Notes under the pieces: generated by a model
Seen by the model: only the letters and a program-made list of their open reading frames with translations
The model's database searches: none
What the model was told of the DNA's origin: nothing
NCBI GenBank assembly: GCA_002245135.1
Contig: NGBS01000875.1
Coordinates: 62,001 to 126,000, forward strand
Direction of reading: 5' to 3'
Origin: Proteromonas lacertae
Lineage: Eukaryota
DNA: 64,000 nucleotides
Translations under genes and position numbers: made by a program
Shown: positions 26,991 to 39,973 of the stretch, piece by piece
Layout: every line of letters starts with the position of its first letter
Position numbering within the stretch: position 1 is the stretch's first letter

Positions 26991-27478
26991 TTTTCATAAT
27001 AATTTAGCAAGCCAAGCTTTACATTTTCTTCTTTTTTGATTTTGGATTGATGTAAGGAAATACAGAAGAAGCGATTTAGATTTTCAACCAATAAAACATA
27101 TGAACTAACTATACAAAGTATTTAAAATCGATAAATAGAAATTATAACATTACTGTGAGATGTAAAGCATAAAACACTTTAATTTTATTTGACTCTGTTC
27201 AAATTATTTCTTTAAATAATGAATTTATGAGTATTTATTGAATAAATAATCTCATCATTATTTTATGCTTTATACTACCCATGTAGCAATATTCTATCCA
27301 ATTATTCTCTCATGATGTTATGATGATCATTAAATCATGAGAAAATCATCAAAATAATCTTCAGTTGAAACGCATCTATTATTGAAACAAACTAACAAAT
27401 CAAAATGCTCAATTTAAGATTTATTCAATTTTATTGGATATTCATTCATTTTTTAAAAGTCTCTCAAATTCGATAAAC

Positions 27479-28777
27479 ATGAAGATTGGAATGAAAAAGT
27501 TGTTAGTTTCACTTCTAGTAGTGAATTATTTACTCGCTGCTTCCTGTCCTAACATGTGTAGCGGTCATGGAAGTTGTGGTAAAGGAGGAGTGTGTAGTTG
27601 TTTTCCAGGGTGGTTAGAAGGTGATTGCAGTAGCAGTATATACCCAAATATATTATATTTAATAGGAAGCTGTCCTTATGGTCATAGTTATGTTGATCCA
27701 ACTCAAGCACCTGGTGACTATGATTCTTTGGAGAAACGTGCAAGTTTAGAATGTAGTGGACAAGGTAGTTGTGACAGAACAAGTGGTGTTTGTAAATGTT
27801 TTGGTGGTTTTGAAGGAGTAAGTTGTGACAGATTAAGTTGTCCAAACAACTGTAATGGTCATGGAGTTTGTACAGCTGTAAAGATGTTAGGATTGAATGA
27901 AGACAGTCACAGTGGAAGTTTCTATGAAACTGATTTAAGTAAAATTAAAAGTGCTCAAGCTCAAAAGAGTGATTATGATGGTTGGGATGCTGATAATAGT
28001 TATGTTTGTGTTTGTGATGGAGAATATCGTGGATTTGACTGTAGTGAAAAGAAATGTCCAAGTGGTTATGTAGAGAATAGTGATTGTGATAGTCCATCCA
28101 AATCAACACAAACTATTACTATTACACAAGACACAACAGTTACACCAACACCACAAGATTGTATGGCTTATTTAGAATATACAGATCAATTCAATCGAAT
28201 TTGGTATAGTGATGCTTTTTGTGTAACATGTCAAAATAAAGATGATGATGGTACAGCAACTAATTCTGGTAAATGTAAAGATAATGGTAAAGGATTGATA
28301 TTAGGTTGGGAAGAAGCATTATTGAGTTTACCAGTTGGTGTGATTGATGTAAGTGAAAAGGATATTAAAGTGGATGTTAGTACAGGTCATGTTATTAAAA
28401 CAACAATAACATTTGGCAATCAACAAACAGGAAAACAAAATCCAATTAGAATTATCACATCTACTGAATTAACTCCATCAAGTGAAGACTATAAAGAATG
28501 GTGTGGTAATTGTGGAAGTGGATATCATGGAATGACAATTGATCAATTGAAATTAAAAGTTGATGGTGATAAAGTTGAAACAGGTGTAGATGGAAAAGCT
28601 GGAACAGATAATTATCAGCCATTAGTAGCTACTGATAGTCCAATAGTAGCTACAGTTGAAGGAATTCCTCCATTAGAATGTAGTAGAAATGGCTTATGTG
28701 ATAGAACAACAGGAACATGCACTTGTTTCGAAGGATATTATGGAATAGCTTGTACAGAACAAGCTTCAATGTTATAA
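27479..28777 (+). CDS. Mastigoneme Sig1/Ocm1-like EGF-repeat secreted protein
   Basis: Signal peptide, CPNMCSGHGSCG..CSCFPGW.EGDCS, ECSGQGSCDRTSG.CKCF.GFEG.SCDR.SCPNNCNGHG, YDGWDAD....CVCD..YRGFDCS...CP.G and C-terminal ECSRNGLCDRTTG.CTCF.GYYG.AC. In-frame 30-nt intron near 27635. Confidence 0.8.
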   Translation: MKIGMKKLLVSLLVVNYLLAASCPNMCSGHGSCGKGGVCSCFPGWLEGDCSSSIYPNILYLIGSCPYGHSYVDPTQAPGDYDSLEKRASLECSGQGSCDRTSGVCKCFGGFEGVSCDRLSCPNNCNGHGVCTAVKMLGLNEDSHSGSFYETDLSKIKSAQAQKSDYDGWDADNSYVCVCDGEYRGFDCSEKKCPSGYVENSDCDSPSKSTQTITITQDTTVTPTPQDCMAYLEYTDQFNRIWYSDAFCVTCQNKDDDGTATNSGKCKDNGKGLILGWEEALLSLPVGVIDVSEKDIKVDVSTGHVIKTTITFGNQQTGKQNPIRIITSTELTPSSEDYKEWCGNCGSGYHGMTIDQLKLKVDGDKVETGVDGKAGTDNYQPLVATDSPIVATVEGIPPLECSRNGLCDRTTGTCTCFEGYYGIACTEQASML

Positions 28778-28870
28778 TTAACATTAATATTCCATAAATA
28801 GTGAATTTCTATCACTAATATTGTTTTTTAGATTTATTTAAACAACACAATAATAAAGATTATGAATGTA

Positions 28871-31800
28871 TTAAACTTGAAAAGGATTTTCTATACTGAT
28901 TGAATCAGATTTGTTTTGTTTGATCAAAACTGAAGAAGTTGCTCTTGTTCTAAACTTACCATTCTTCAATAATACATATATTATTACACATATCACTATT
29001 ATCAACACCAAAATTACACCAATCAATATTGAAACTACTCCTCCAACATCTATTTCACAATTATCAACTATTTTACTCCATTTTGCTTTACTATCAATTA
29101 AAAAACATATTCGACTTTTATAACCACTTTTCAATCCATCACATTTCTTAACTATCACATTTCCTCCTATTATTGCGATTGTTTCTTCAAATCCATTATC
29201 GCTTTCACAATATAAACTCTCAAATTCTAAATAGATTATTTCTATTATCTCTTTTATAGATGGATAGTTTCGAATTGTAAAAGTGTAATTTTTACCTTCA
29301 CTTCTTTCATTACACATTCCATATATCATTGATGTTTTATTATTCAATATTATTCCAGAAGGTAATTCTGGATTTACTTCAATCGAAATATTATTACCTA
29401 TTACTTCAAACAACTTAAATCCATTGATCATTTTATCTCCTTCGAATTTGTGATTATGAACTAAACTACTTTCGATTATTATTACATCTTCATTCATTAT
29501 AATTTCAATTTCAAAGGTGAAATTCACAGATTTAGAATTTCCTATTATTATCATCACATATTTCATCTTCTCATATTTCTTTAATATATATCCACTGATT
29601 AATCCATTTCTATTATTAAACATCAAATTATTTGGTAAATTCGATGATAAACTATACATTGATATATTCGATCCACTTATATTAAATATCTTTAAATCTT
29701 CATATTCTTCACCTACTATTATTTCTACTTTCTTTTCATAGTTAATTAATATTGGATAAGGAGATTCTTCAATCTTTAAATTCACATTTCCATTCAATGA
29801 ACCATTCACATTTTCACAGATTATTTTTATTGAATATTCACTTGAGATTGGATCAGTTATTAACCCTTTTAATTCTCCTCTTGATTCGATTAATGACATT
29901 TGATTAGGTAATATTGAAGCGGTTTTATATTTTATATCTTTTCCTACACATTTCAAAGGATATATTTTATTCTCATATTTCTCATAATAATACAATTTCA
30001 ATTCTTTCTCTATCTTCAAGATTATTGGTTTATCTGGATATATCACTGTTATTGTTATTGAAGTTTCATCACTTCCTTTTTCATTCTCTATCTTAAATCT
30101 TGTTATAAATACTCCTTCCTTTTCTGCTATTCCATTTAACACTCTCTTATCTTCATCAAAATATAATCCAGATGGTAAATCATACACATTAAATTTCAAA
30201 TTATCACCAATTGCTATAAATAATCTCATTTCTTCTACTTCTATTCCTGCTGTTATACTTATACTCGAATTTACATATAAAAACATTGGAATTTCATTCT
30301 TTTTTACTTGGATTTTTATTTCAACTGATATTCCTTCTTTATCAAATATATTTGAAGCTTTAAATTTGATTATTCTTTCACTCATTTCTTCATAAGGAAT
30401 TCCTGATATTAAACCACTTGATTCATCAAGCATCAATCCCTTAATTTCTTCAGACATGAAATAACTAATCTCAGTACCAGAAATACTGAATAAAGCTATT
30501 TCATTATATTGTCTTCCTACTTCAAATGTATAATTCTCTTTATAAGATAATAATATTGGCTTTTCTTCACATTCATTCTTCAATTCAACCCATTGAGGAT
30601 ATTTACCTTTTGGACAAAATAATATCTTTTCTTTATCTTTTGGTTTTATGCATTTGATATTTAATATAGTTCCGATTATTGTTTTTGGTATTTTATATTC
30701 GATTATTTCATTACAATATCGAACTGGACATAAATCAAACAATATATCTCTTACACCAATTTGAATATTTGTTGGTTCAGTTATTTCTAATTTGATTGAA
30801 TCATATTTGTTATAAGTATTATAATTAGGAAATAAAGCAATTCCTTTTGATGTTGAATAAGTGATATTTGAAAATGTTGAGATTTCTTTATACTCACTTT
30901 CTTCATTCACTTTTCCACTTAATTTCATTTCATTAATATCACTAGAATCACTCAAACCATATTTCACTATTCCAATTTGATTGAAATATACATTTGTATT
31001 TTCTTCAAAATGAATAATTACATTAGATATTTCACTAAATTTCCAGATTGTTGAGTTTAATGTATCAAAAGCATTTTCGATTTTGAATATTCCTATATCT
31101 TTACTATCACTTTCAATCTTATCAATGAATTGATTTATATTACTACAGCCATCTTTATCATTATCATCTCCTTCAAATTTCATTAAAAACAGTTTAATTT
31201 CTGGAAAACTCTCTTCTGATTCATATTTATGTAATTCCATTGAAATTGAATTGACAGATTCATTTAAGATTTCGATTGGTAATATCAATTTTATATCTGT
31301 TAATACATCAAAATGATTATAAGCTTTTGTATCTTCATTTATATCTTCATTGGAATTGAGGAATTTTCGATAATATTCTTTTCCATTTACATAGAATATT
31401 ATTCCACTTAAATGACTTAATCGAATATACAAAGCTGTATAATCTAATACATTTTCAAACGATTTTAGTATTCTCAAATATACACTGTTTGTTTCACCTG
31501 ATTTTAATTCATTCAGTTTACTTTTACTCCAATCATCTGATTGATTTGGTAAATACCATCCTTCAATATAATGATAATTATAAGACCATTCACTATTTAC
31601 ATCAATATCATATCTCACTATTTATAAATAAAATAAATAATAATCATAATAAATATATATATACAATTATAATTGATTGTTTTAGATTGTTCACTTTCCA
31701 TCATTGTATAATTTCCTAATGCCATGTTATATATTGAAACTTGAATAAAACCTTTCATCCAACCGTTAGTTCTATCAGTATTTTCTATTCTGAATCTATA

Positions 31801-33903
31801 TGTATTTTGAGTAATACATATCTCATATCTTTTATTTTTTACACTATAATCATCTGGACCAATATATTTAAACATCAACATATCATTCATATCATAAATA
31901 TAAAAAACATAAATCGATATTGAGTTCCATCAATATATCTTTGAATTTGAAGTAATACTTTATCATCTTTTTCACATCCTTCAAATAAATTCATATTCGA
32001 TATTGTGATATTCAATTCTACTGTTACTGAACCAAATGAGTTTGTGGCTGTGATTCTATAACTCTTTTTTTCTTGTGAAGATGTTGTTTTACCTTTTATT
32101 GAACAATCAATTTGAGAAAATGTTAATCCTCGAATGCCTAAATCTGGTTCAATTTTACAAAATTCTACATAACTATTACTGTAATAAGGTATTAATTCAT
32201 AGTTTTCTTGATTTAAATATAACATTATTTCATTTTCTGGATAATTAATTATTGGTTTTATAGGTAAAGAAGTTATTTCAAACTTAGATTCATATAATCC
32301 TCTTATTCCTAATGTTGAGAATATCGTTTTACTATCAGCTAATACTACCCATTTTGTATCATAATAGCCTTTCCCTTTATCTCGAATTATTAAAGTGTAA
32401 TTATCAGCCATTAAACATCCTAATTCTACATAAGTTATTCCATCACCTTCTCCATATTCAACTTCTGTTTTTGTTCCATTTTTAGATATTAATATAATTG
32501 CTCCTTCATTACTATATTCATCTTCAACTAATACAGAATGATAAACATCATTACCACTACATTGATACTTTGAAGAAATTGTGAATTTTTCAATCTTTGT
32601 TGAAGAATCAAGTAATGTACCAACCACTTCAATTGTTGTTGTTTCTATTAAAGTTCTACACAAACCAATAAATCTTTGAGTATTTTTATCAAATATAAAA
32701 TCAGATGGTATATTATTCACATCTAAATCAATTACTGTTCCACTTATTTGAGAAACTAATAAATCATAGTATTTTCCAATTGTAAAGTCAAGTGATGATA
32801 ATTCCTCTCCAGTTTTAACATCAATAAAATGAAAACCAGTTGGTGTTGAATCTTCTTTTATTCTTATATAAATCAATACACTGATTGTAGTTGAATCATC
32901 AAATTCTACTGTTATATTATATTCTTTTTTATCTTGGATTTCAAGAGGTGTTCCACTAATTATTCCACTCTTTTCATCAATATTCAATCCACTTGGTAAA
33001 GTAGGAACAGATGCATATTTAACTACACTTTTATCTTCAACTAGTAGTATTGGATTATTGGATTGAATATCTTCATTTATCGTATAAACAGCAGTATTAT
33101 AAACATATTCAAAATCACCATTTGGAACATATACTAAATATGGATTAATATCAACATATTCATCTTCATTTTCAAATTTAATTTTTACATCTAAACCACT
33201 TCCACCTTTATACTTTGTATAATAAATACTAAATGGATATAACCCTTTTTCCATTGTTTCATAAAAATCATTTGTCTGAGTATCATAATCATGAACTTCA
33301 GGATACATTGCAAGTGGATAATAACTATTTATATAAATAGCACCATAATCTTTACAGGATAATTCAATACCTGTAAACCCTTTATCTACTGATAAATAAC
33401 CATCCCATTTTACTCCATATTTTGTTGAAAAATCAGATGATAAACCACTCCATACTGTATCTAATGTAGTATTTTCATGTTTAATGGATTGATCAATTCT
33501 AATGAATTCTACACTAACATCATATTGATCTGGTTCATATTGAGTATAACAGTAAGTATCAAATTCTTCAGCTTTCATATAATAACCAACTAATCCTTGT
33601 CTAAAGTTATTAGTTATAGCTATTGAGATAGTAACATAATTAGTAATGGAATAATCATTATAACAATAAAACTCATAATTCGTTAATGGATAAGCTTCAA
33701 ATACTTTACCAGTTATTTTATTATTTTCAATCTTTAAACCATTTGGAAGTGGAGTAGTTGTATTACAAATCACATTACCATATGCTTTAGTGTTATATGA
33801 ATATTCAATATTTGCAAGAATTCCAGCAAGTAGATAATGTGTCTTACTATAAAACCTTAAATTAGTGACTGGATTAAATGTTACATCAGCTATAAGATAA
33901 TAA

Positions 33904-33944
<41 letters not shown>

Positions 33945-35092
33945 CGATAAACAAATGGAAGTGGTTTTGGTGTATTATCTCTTGTGCTTGAATAATGTAA
34001 TTCAAATCTCAACAAACCATTTACTTTCCCTTCTTCATCAGTATCTGTGGCATTGCTATTAATATTTGCTTTATGCAATCCTTTTGTTAATCTAATGGAT
34101 TTTGTTTGAGGAGTTGAATCACTCCAAATATAACATTTATCAGATAAATCCATAAACAATTCATCATCAATGTAAAACTGAGCTTGCTGAAGATCTAAAT
34201 TATAATGAAATGTATATTCATCTTCTTCAGTAATATTTAAATAACTAGTCAATTCATATCTAAAATAATAAGAATTAAAACCTGTTCCACATTTCCTTGA
34301 AACTAAATTAACATTTTGGTATTTTTGCTTTGATGTAAATCCTTCTATATCTTCCCAAAATGATTTTATTGGATATGGTTTGTCTACTACAGCATCTCCA
34401 CATTTATATTTATCTAAACTTGTTATTATAGCAGATAAACCGATTTGAATAAGTTGGAGTTTCAGGAATGGATGTGAGTATTGTTGTTTCTACACTTCCT
34501 GCTTCATTGGAAGCTGTAATTGTCAAAGTTATATCACCTTTAGCTTTATAATTCGAAAATTCCAATTTCCCTTTATCACTAATTGATACACCTTCTAATT
34601 TTGGTGAGATTGAATAAGAATTCACTTCTGCTATCTGCTTTACATGTCAAAATAATATCAATAACTGCTTTCATTGATTCAATTTTGATGCTTCACATGA
34701 TAATTGCGTAGGTTTTTCCCAAACTATAAAGGAAATACTAAAAATCAACAAATACCATTCACTTGAATGATTGAAGTCTTTGATTTACTATCATTTGGAT
34801 CTATATATGTGATTGTATATGTTCCTTTATGCTGCAACTTCAGCAATACCGCTAATGGTTCCTCTTTTGCTATCAAGAGTTAAACCTTTTGATCAAACTG
34901 GGTGATACAGTATACGTTCCTTCCTTTACGGTTTTAGGAGTATTTTTTCTTATTGCATTACCTTTAATACAATTTATAGTATTATAAGAGTATTCAAAAG
35001 TGTCTGAACCTGTAACAATCAAGCAGCAGAATGCTAAAATGATATACACTAAACAAAATAATACTTAGCAAGGCAATAATGAAGTAAAACAT
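28871..35092 (-). CDS. Giant type I membrane protein: signal peptide, many He_PIG repeats, PA14-like and beta-sandwich domains, Cys-rich modules, TM helix
   Basis: Repeated LPSGL.ID..SG.ISG.P, PA14-like GLVGYY...KYGVKWDGYL, and C-terminal TM GGVVSILIGVILVLIIVICVIIYVLL. ORFs are joined by introns and several single-base frame breaks. Confidence 0.75.
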
Positions 35093-35210
35093 GATTTTGG
35101 ATTTTTTTAAAAATAACACAAATAAATATGATAATTGGTTTAATAACAAAATAATATGGAACATATACATATAAAATAACTACTATTACATTTTCTATTA
35201 ATGCTGGTGT

Positions 35211-38200
35211 TTAATTAAAGATTTTAGAACTTCTGTATAGTTTTCTTACTTTCTTTGGTACAGACTTTTTCTCATCATCACCTTCATTGGATTTTCGTTT
35301 AGTACTATCTCTTTTGTTCTCTTCTTCATCAATTTCGTCAACAACTGGCAATTTATTCTCTCTCTTTGATGCAACTTTGTCAACATAATTGTTAATTTCA
35401 TCTATCAAGCTTTTTGGGCATGAACTATCATTAATTGAAGAAGATGAGTTGTGATTTGATAGTTTTCTTTGTGTTAAAATACCTGTTAATGATTTTCTAG
35501 TTGATTTCTGTGTAAAACTTTTACTTGGCTGTCTAAATGTCATTTTAACGTCATTCTTCTTTTCACATTCTCTTAAATAATTCTCAATCTTAATTTCTGG
35601 TGGTAAATTTTCTTTTTCTCTATTCTTACACTTACTTTCACAACATTTACAATCTGGACCACATTTTTTATTGAATTTATTACAGAAACATCTGCTAGTT
35701 CCACAAGTGCTTGTTTCTGTACAATAACATCCTTTACCTGTTAATAATAGACTAATTTCATCTTTCTGTTCAGCAGTTTTCTTTGTTTTTCTCTTTGTTT
35801 TTTCTTTTTCTTTTTCTTTATTATTATTATGGTTTGTATTGGTAATATTGTCTGTATATTCATCATCATCATCATTTTCATTGTATTCTTCTTCATCTTC
35901 ATTATTATTATTATTGGGTGTTTTCCATGTCATCATTTTCTTCTTCTTCTACATTCAATTCACCTAAATCATCATCATTCAATTCATTTGCTACACGTAA
36001 TATAGTTGGAGTGTCAAGATCCTCTTCATTATTATTATTAGATTCATTTATCTTCTTTATTTTTTGGAATAATGGAGTAGCAATTGGTTTATTGCTATTT
36101 TCTTCATCTGATTTATTCATTAAACAATTCATTCTTTCCTTCAAATTAGAATTTTCATTAGATAATATCTTTACTTTTTCAGCATATACATTCAATTGAT
36201 TCTGAATCAATGGAATCATTACTTCTGTTGACTTATTCAAATCATCTCCAACTCCATTCTCATGGATAGATAACATACAATTCAATAATTCATTATTCTG
36301 GGCAAATTCCTCATTTGAACTCTTTTGTATTTTCTTTAACTCTTCAATCTGATCAGTTAAGTTAATTGCATTAACTCCACTCTGTACACAAATATCTAAT
36401 AGATAATCCAATGCTCTAAGTGATTCTTGTAATGTATGTAAGTTATCCCATAACTTCTTTCTATCAAATTTATTATTTTCATTTAATCTTTCATTTAATT
36501 CTTTAATTTCAGTTTCACAATATATTATTTCATCATTAATACTTTGTAATTTATCAAATACTTCTGTTGGTTTAATAGTTCTCATTATATACTTCTTTTG
36601 GACTAATAATGCTTTCTTTGAATTTTTAGCTCGTTCTAATTGAATAGAATCACTTTCTCTTTTGATTAATATATCATATCCTTTCTTCAACCATGTTAAA
36701 TCAATCTTCTTTCTCATTGCATCATTCATAGATCTTGCTTGATTCTTATTATTAATTTGTAGTAATAATTTACTGATTTTAGTATCTCTTTCTTGTAGTT
36801 GCCTTTCTAATTTACTTTGGACTTTTTGTGCCATATTTTGACTCTTCATATTCTGTAGTTGTTGTTTTCTTTCTTCTTTCTTCATTTGTACGATTTGTTT
36901 TTCATATTTCTTTATATCTTCTCTCCATTTCTTTGATTCTTCTTTTATTTGTTTTTGTAAATTAACTCTTTGTTGTTTAATCTCTTGAATTTCTCTTTCT
37001 AATTTTTGAATTGTATTTGCATCTCTCATTCTCTTAATTTCTAATTGTTTATAATACCTTTCCTTCTTTTCATATTCTTTTATTTGAGATTCCAATTCTT
37101 TCAATTTCATTAGATGTTTTTGTAATGATTCTTTACCTTCACTTTTCTGTTTTAATTGTTCTATTTTTAACATTAATTCTTTCTTTTCTTTTGTCAATTG
37201 TTCAATCTTTCTAATCGCTTCTTTATTCTTTTCTTTAATATTTTCTATTGATTCACACTGTGAGGTTGTTTGTTGTAATGCTTTTATCTTTTCATTTAAT
37301 TGTTCTGTTAACTCTTTGAATTTCGATCTACTCTCAATAGTTGGATCAATTTGACTAGGATCTTCTTCGAATTCTTCTTGCTCATTATTATTATTATTAT
37401 TATAAATTTCATTCTCATCCATGTCATCCATATCTAAATCAATATCATCATCTAAATTGATATTTCCAGTAGCATTGGATCTTAACATAATTATTTCACT
37501 CTTTAATTCTTCAATCTCTTTTAATCTTGCTTCAACTACACTTATTTCTTCGCTAACACCACTAATATCGAATGGAATGTGATTCTTTTGTAATAACAAC
37601 ATTATTTCATCTCTTTCTTTATTAATCTCAAATGTATCTTGTTTTAATTGACTATTTTCTATCTTTAATCTTTGATTTGTTTTTCTTAACATACATAATT
37701 CAGTTTCAGCTACTTTGTTCTTTTGTTCCAATGTTGCAATTGCTAATTTCATTGTGTCTATTATCTCATTATTCTTTGAATTATTATTATTATTATTAAA
37801 GTTATTATTAGATTTAATATTACCTCCATTCTTTAACACAGCTAATTCATATTGCAACTCCTTCACTTTTTGTCTCAATCTATTAGCCTCAGCACTATCA
37901 CTTTCCTTATTAATGATTGGCTTATTCTTAATCTGTCTTGCTCTATCAGCATATCTCAATGTATTCAAAGTCTCTGAATAATTCATATCAGCTGGACTAA
38001 CACATGCTATCATCACTGTTCTACTGTTACCACCTAATGAATCTTGTAATAATCTCGTTAATTTACTAACACGATAAGGTATATGGTTATTATTGTTACT
38101 GTTGGAATTATTATTTCTTTCATCACATAAAGCACTGATTACATTACCCAAAGCGAGTAAACCACAATTTATACTAATACCTTCTTTAAATGTATCTCCT

Positions 38201-38987
38201 TCAGCACCAGTCTTTTTAACACTTTCACTACCAGCTAAATCAACTAAATGAAACTTTGCAGATACACTTCCTTCTTCACTATCATCATCTTCGATATGTA
38301 TTATGATTGTACAAATTGCATGGCGATCTACTGGATTGTTCATTCATATTTGTACTAGCTGTACTACGATGAATTGATCCTTTGTGCATTTCGTATAAGA
38401 ATTCTTCAACACTTCCTATGGAGACTGTTGTTAAACCTGGAACGGTTATATCTCCATCTGCTCCTTCACGAATTGCTAAATTTGTTTGAGTTGGATCTGG
38501 TGCGAACAAATCATGTATAATTTCTTTATGGATTTCAAGAAAACTTGTTTCTATCTTGATGTTTTTATTTGGATGTATCTGTTTCTCTGCTTCTATTCTG
38601 GAAAATATATCATTTACTACTCTTGGTATTATTCCAACCTGATTTTCACCAAGTGAGTTATAATCATCACTAGTTCCCATTGTATATGTCTTACCTGATC
38701 CTGTTTGGCCATATGCAAATACTGTTGGCATTGTATCCTTGAAAGAACCCTTTTACGAGAGATTGAATACAAGAGGAGTATATTTCTTCTTGAGATGATA
38801 ACTCGTCATATGCAAAATCAAATGTATATGATTTATCTTTGCCTGCACAAACTTGGCCTGTTCCAGGCACTACAGAGACAGTTTCTAAAGATCCTTTTAA
38901 AATTTCACTTTCTACCATTGGCCTTATTCTAACAGCTACTCTTACTGGGATAGATCCACCTTCATTCGTGCTGCTATTCTCATCCAT
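35211..38987 (-). CDS. KIF4: Kinesin-4 (KIF4/chromokinesin) with a C-terminal Cys-rich tail; 3 apparent frameshifts
   Basis: [76 protein letters not shown], long coiled coil and CYC..C....CFC......CGPDCKC....CKN. Confidence 0.92.
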
Positions 38988-39143
38988 GTTTTATAATGAA
39001 TTAAACTTTCTAAAATTCAAATTTGAAAATTCAAACGTCTATTTTTTAAAAATTGATTATAGAATGAGATATAAGGATGAATAAAGATGATGATGAAAAA
39101 TGAAATAACAATAAACAGAATAATAATATAACTATTTTTAAAA

Positions 39144-39834
39144 TTAATCTGATTCACTTCCATATTCAACATCTGAATCATCTTCTTTCTCCTGCTGCAT
39201 TGAAGGTGGATCATCTTCATCTGGGTTGAAAATAATACCTTCACAAGAAGGTTCTGTTTTTATTGGTTGATAAACATTTGGTTGTGGAGGTGGTATAAAT
39301 TGCTGTTGTAGTGGTATAAACTGCTGTGGTTGAAGTGGTTGTTGAAGTTGTGGTGGTTGAAAATGTGGAGGTTGTTGCTGAAATTGCTGTTGTGGTTGTG
39401 GAACTGTTTGTGGTTGATATCCTGATAGTAGATATGTTGGTTGTGGTTGATATTGTGGTTGTGGTTGTTGCTGCTGTTGTTGCTGTTGTTGTTGCTGTTG
39501 TTGTTGCTGTTGTGGTGGAGGTTGAAATGTTTGTGATGGTGGCTGTTTATATTGTTGCTGATATTGTTGTTGAGGTTGTTGCTGCTGTGGCGGTTGTAAT
39601 GTTTGAGCTGGAATATTGTTATTATTAGGGGATAATATGGATATGGGTTAGGGTTTTGCTGATTTTGTGGTTTTTGTCCTTGATTTACTTGTAGACTAGA
39701 TAAACTGCTAGTTGTAGAAGCAGGATAATAACTAGGAGCTTGAGGAATGAATTGAGGCTGTACTTGAAAATTATTTAACTGTTGAGTGGCTGCTGCATAT
39801 TGGATGAAACGATTTTGGATTTTGGATTATTCAT
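39144..39834 (-). CDS. Gln/Pro-rich low-complexity protein (frame breaks near 39628 and 39786-39815)
   Basis: Minus strand reads as CAA/CCA/CAG codons (QQPQQQYQQQ...) and ends in an acidic tail EKEDDSDVEYGSESD*. Confidence 0.55.
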
Positions 39835-39973
39835 TTATCAATATTACTCTTATGTAAAATCAGCAATATTTAAAAATACAAAAATACAAAATAATACACT
39901 CATCTGTTGTATTTACACACAAAAACATTTTAAAATGCCACATAATCAATATTATATATATTATACTATAATA

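Noticed and set aside
33908..33940. (TAT)n run as a functional repeat or CRISPR-like array
   Set aside because: It is a simple microsatellite inside an intron with no spacers.
39326..39628. Val-rich 100-aa ORF on +
   Set aside because: It is the antisense shadow of the Gln/Pro-rich minus-strand gene.
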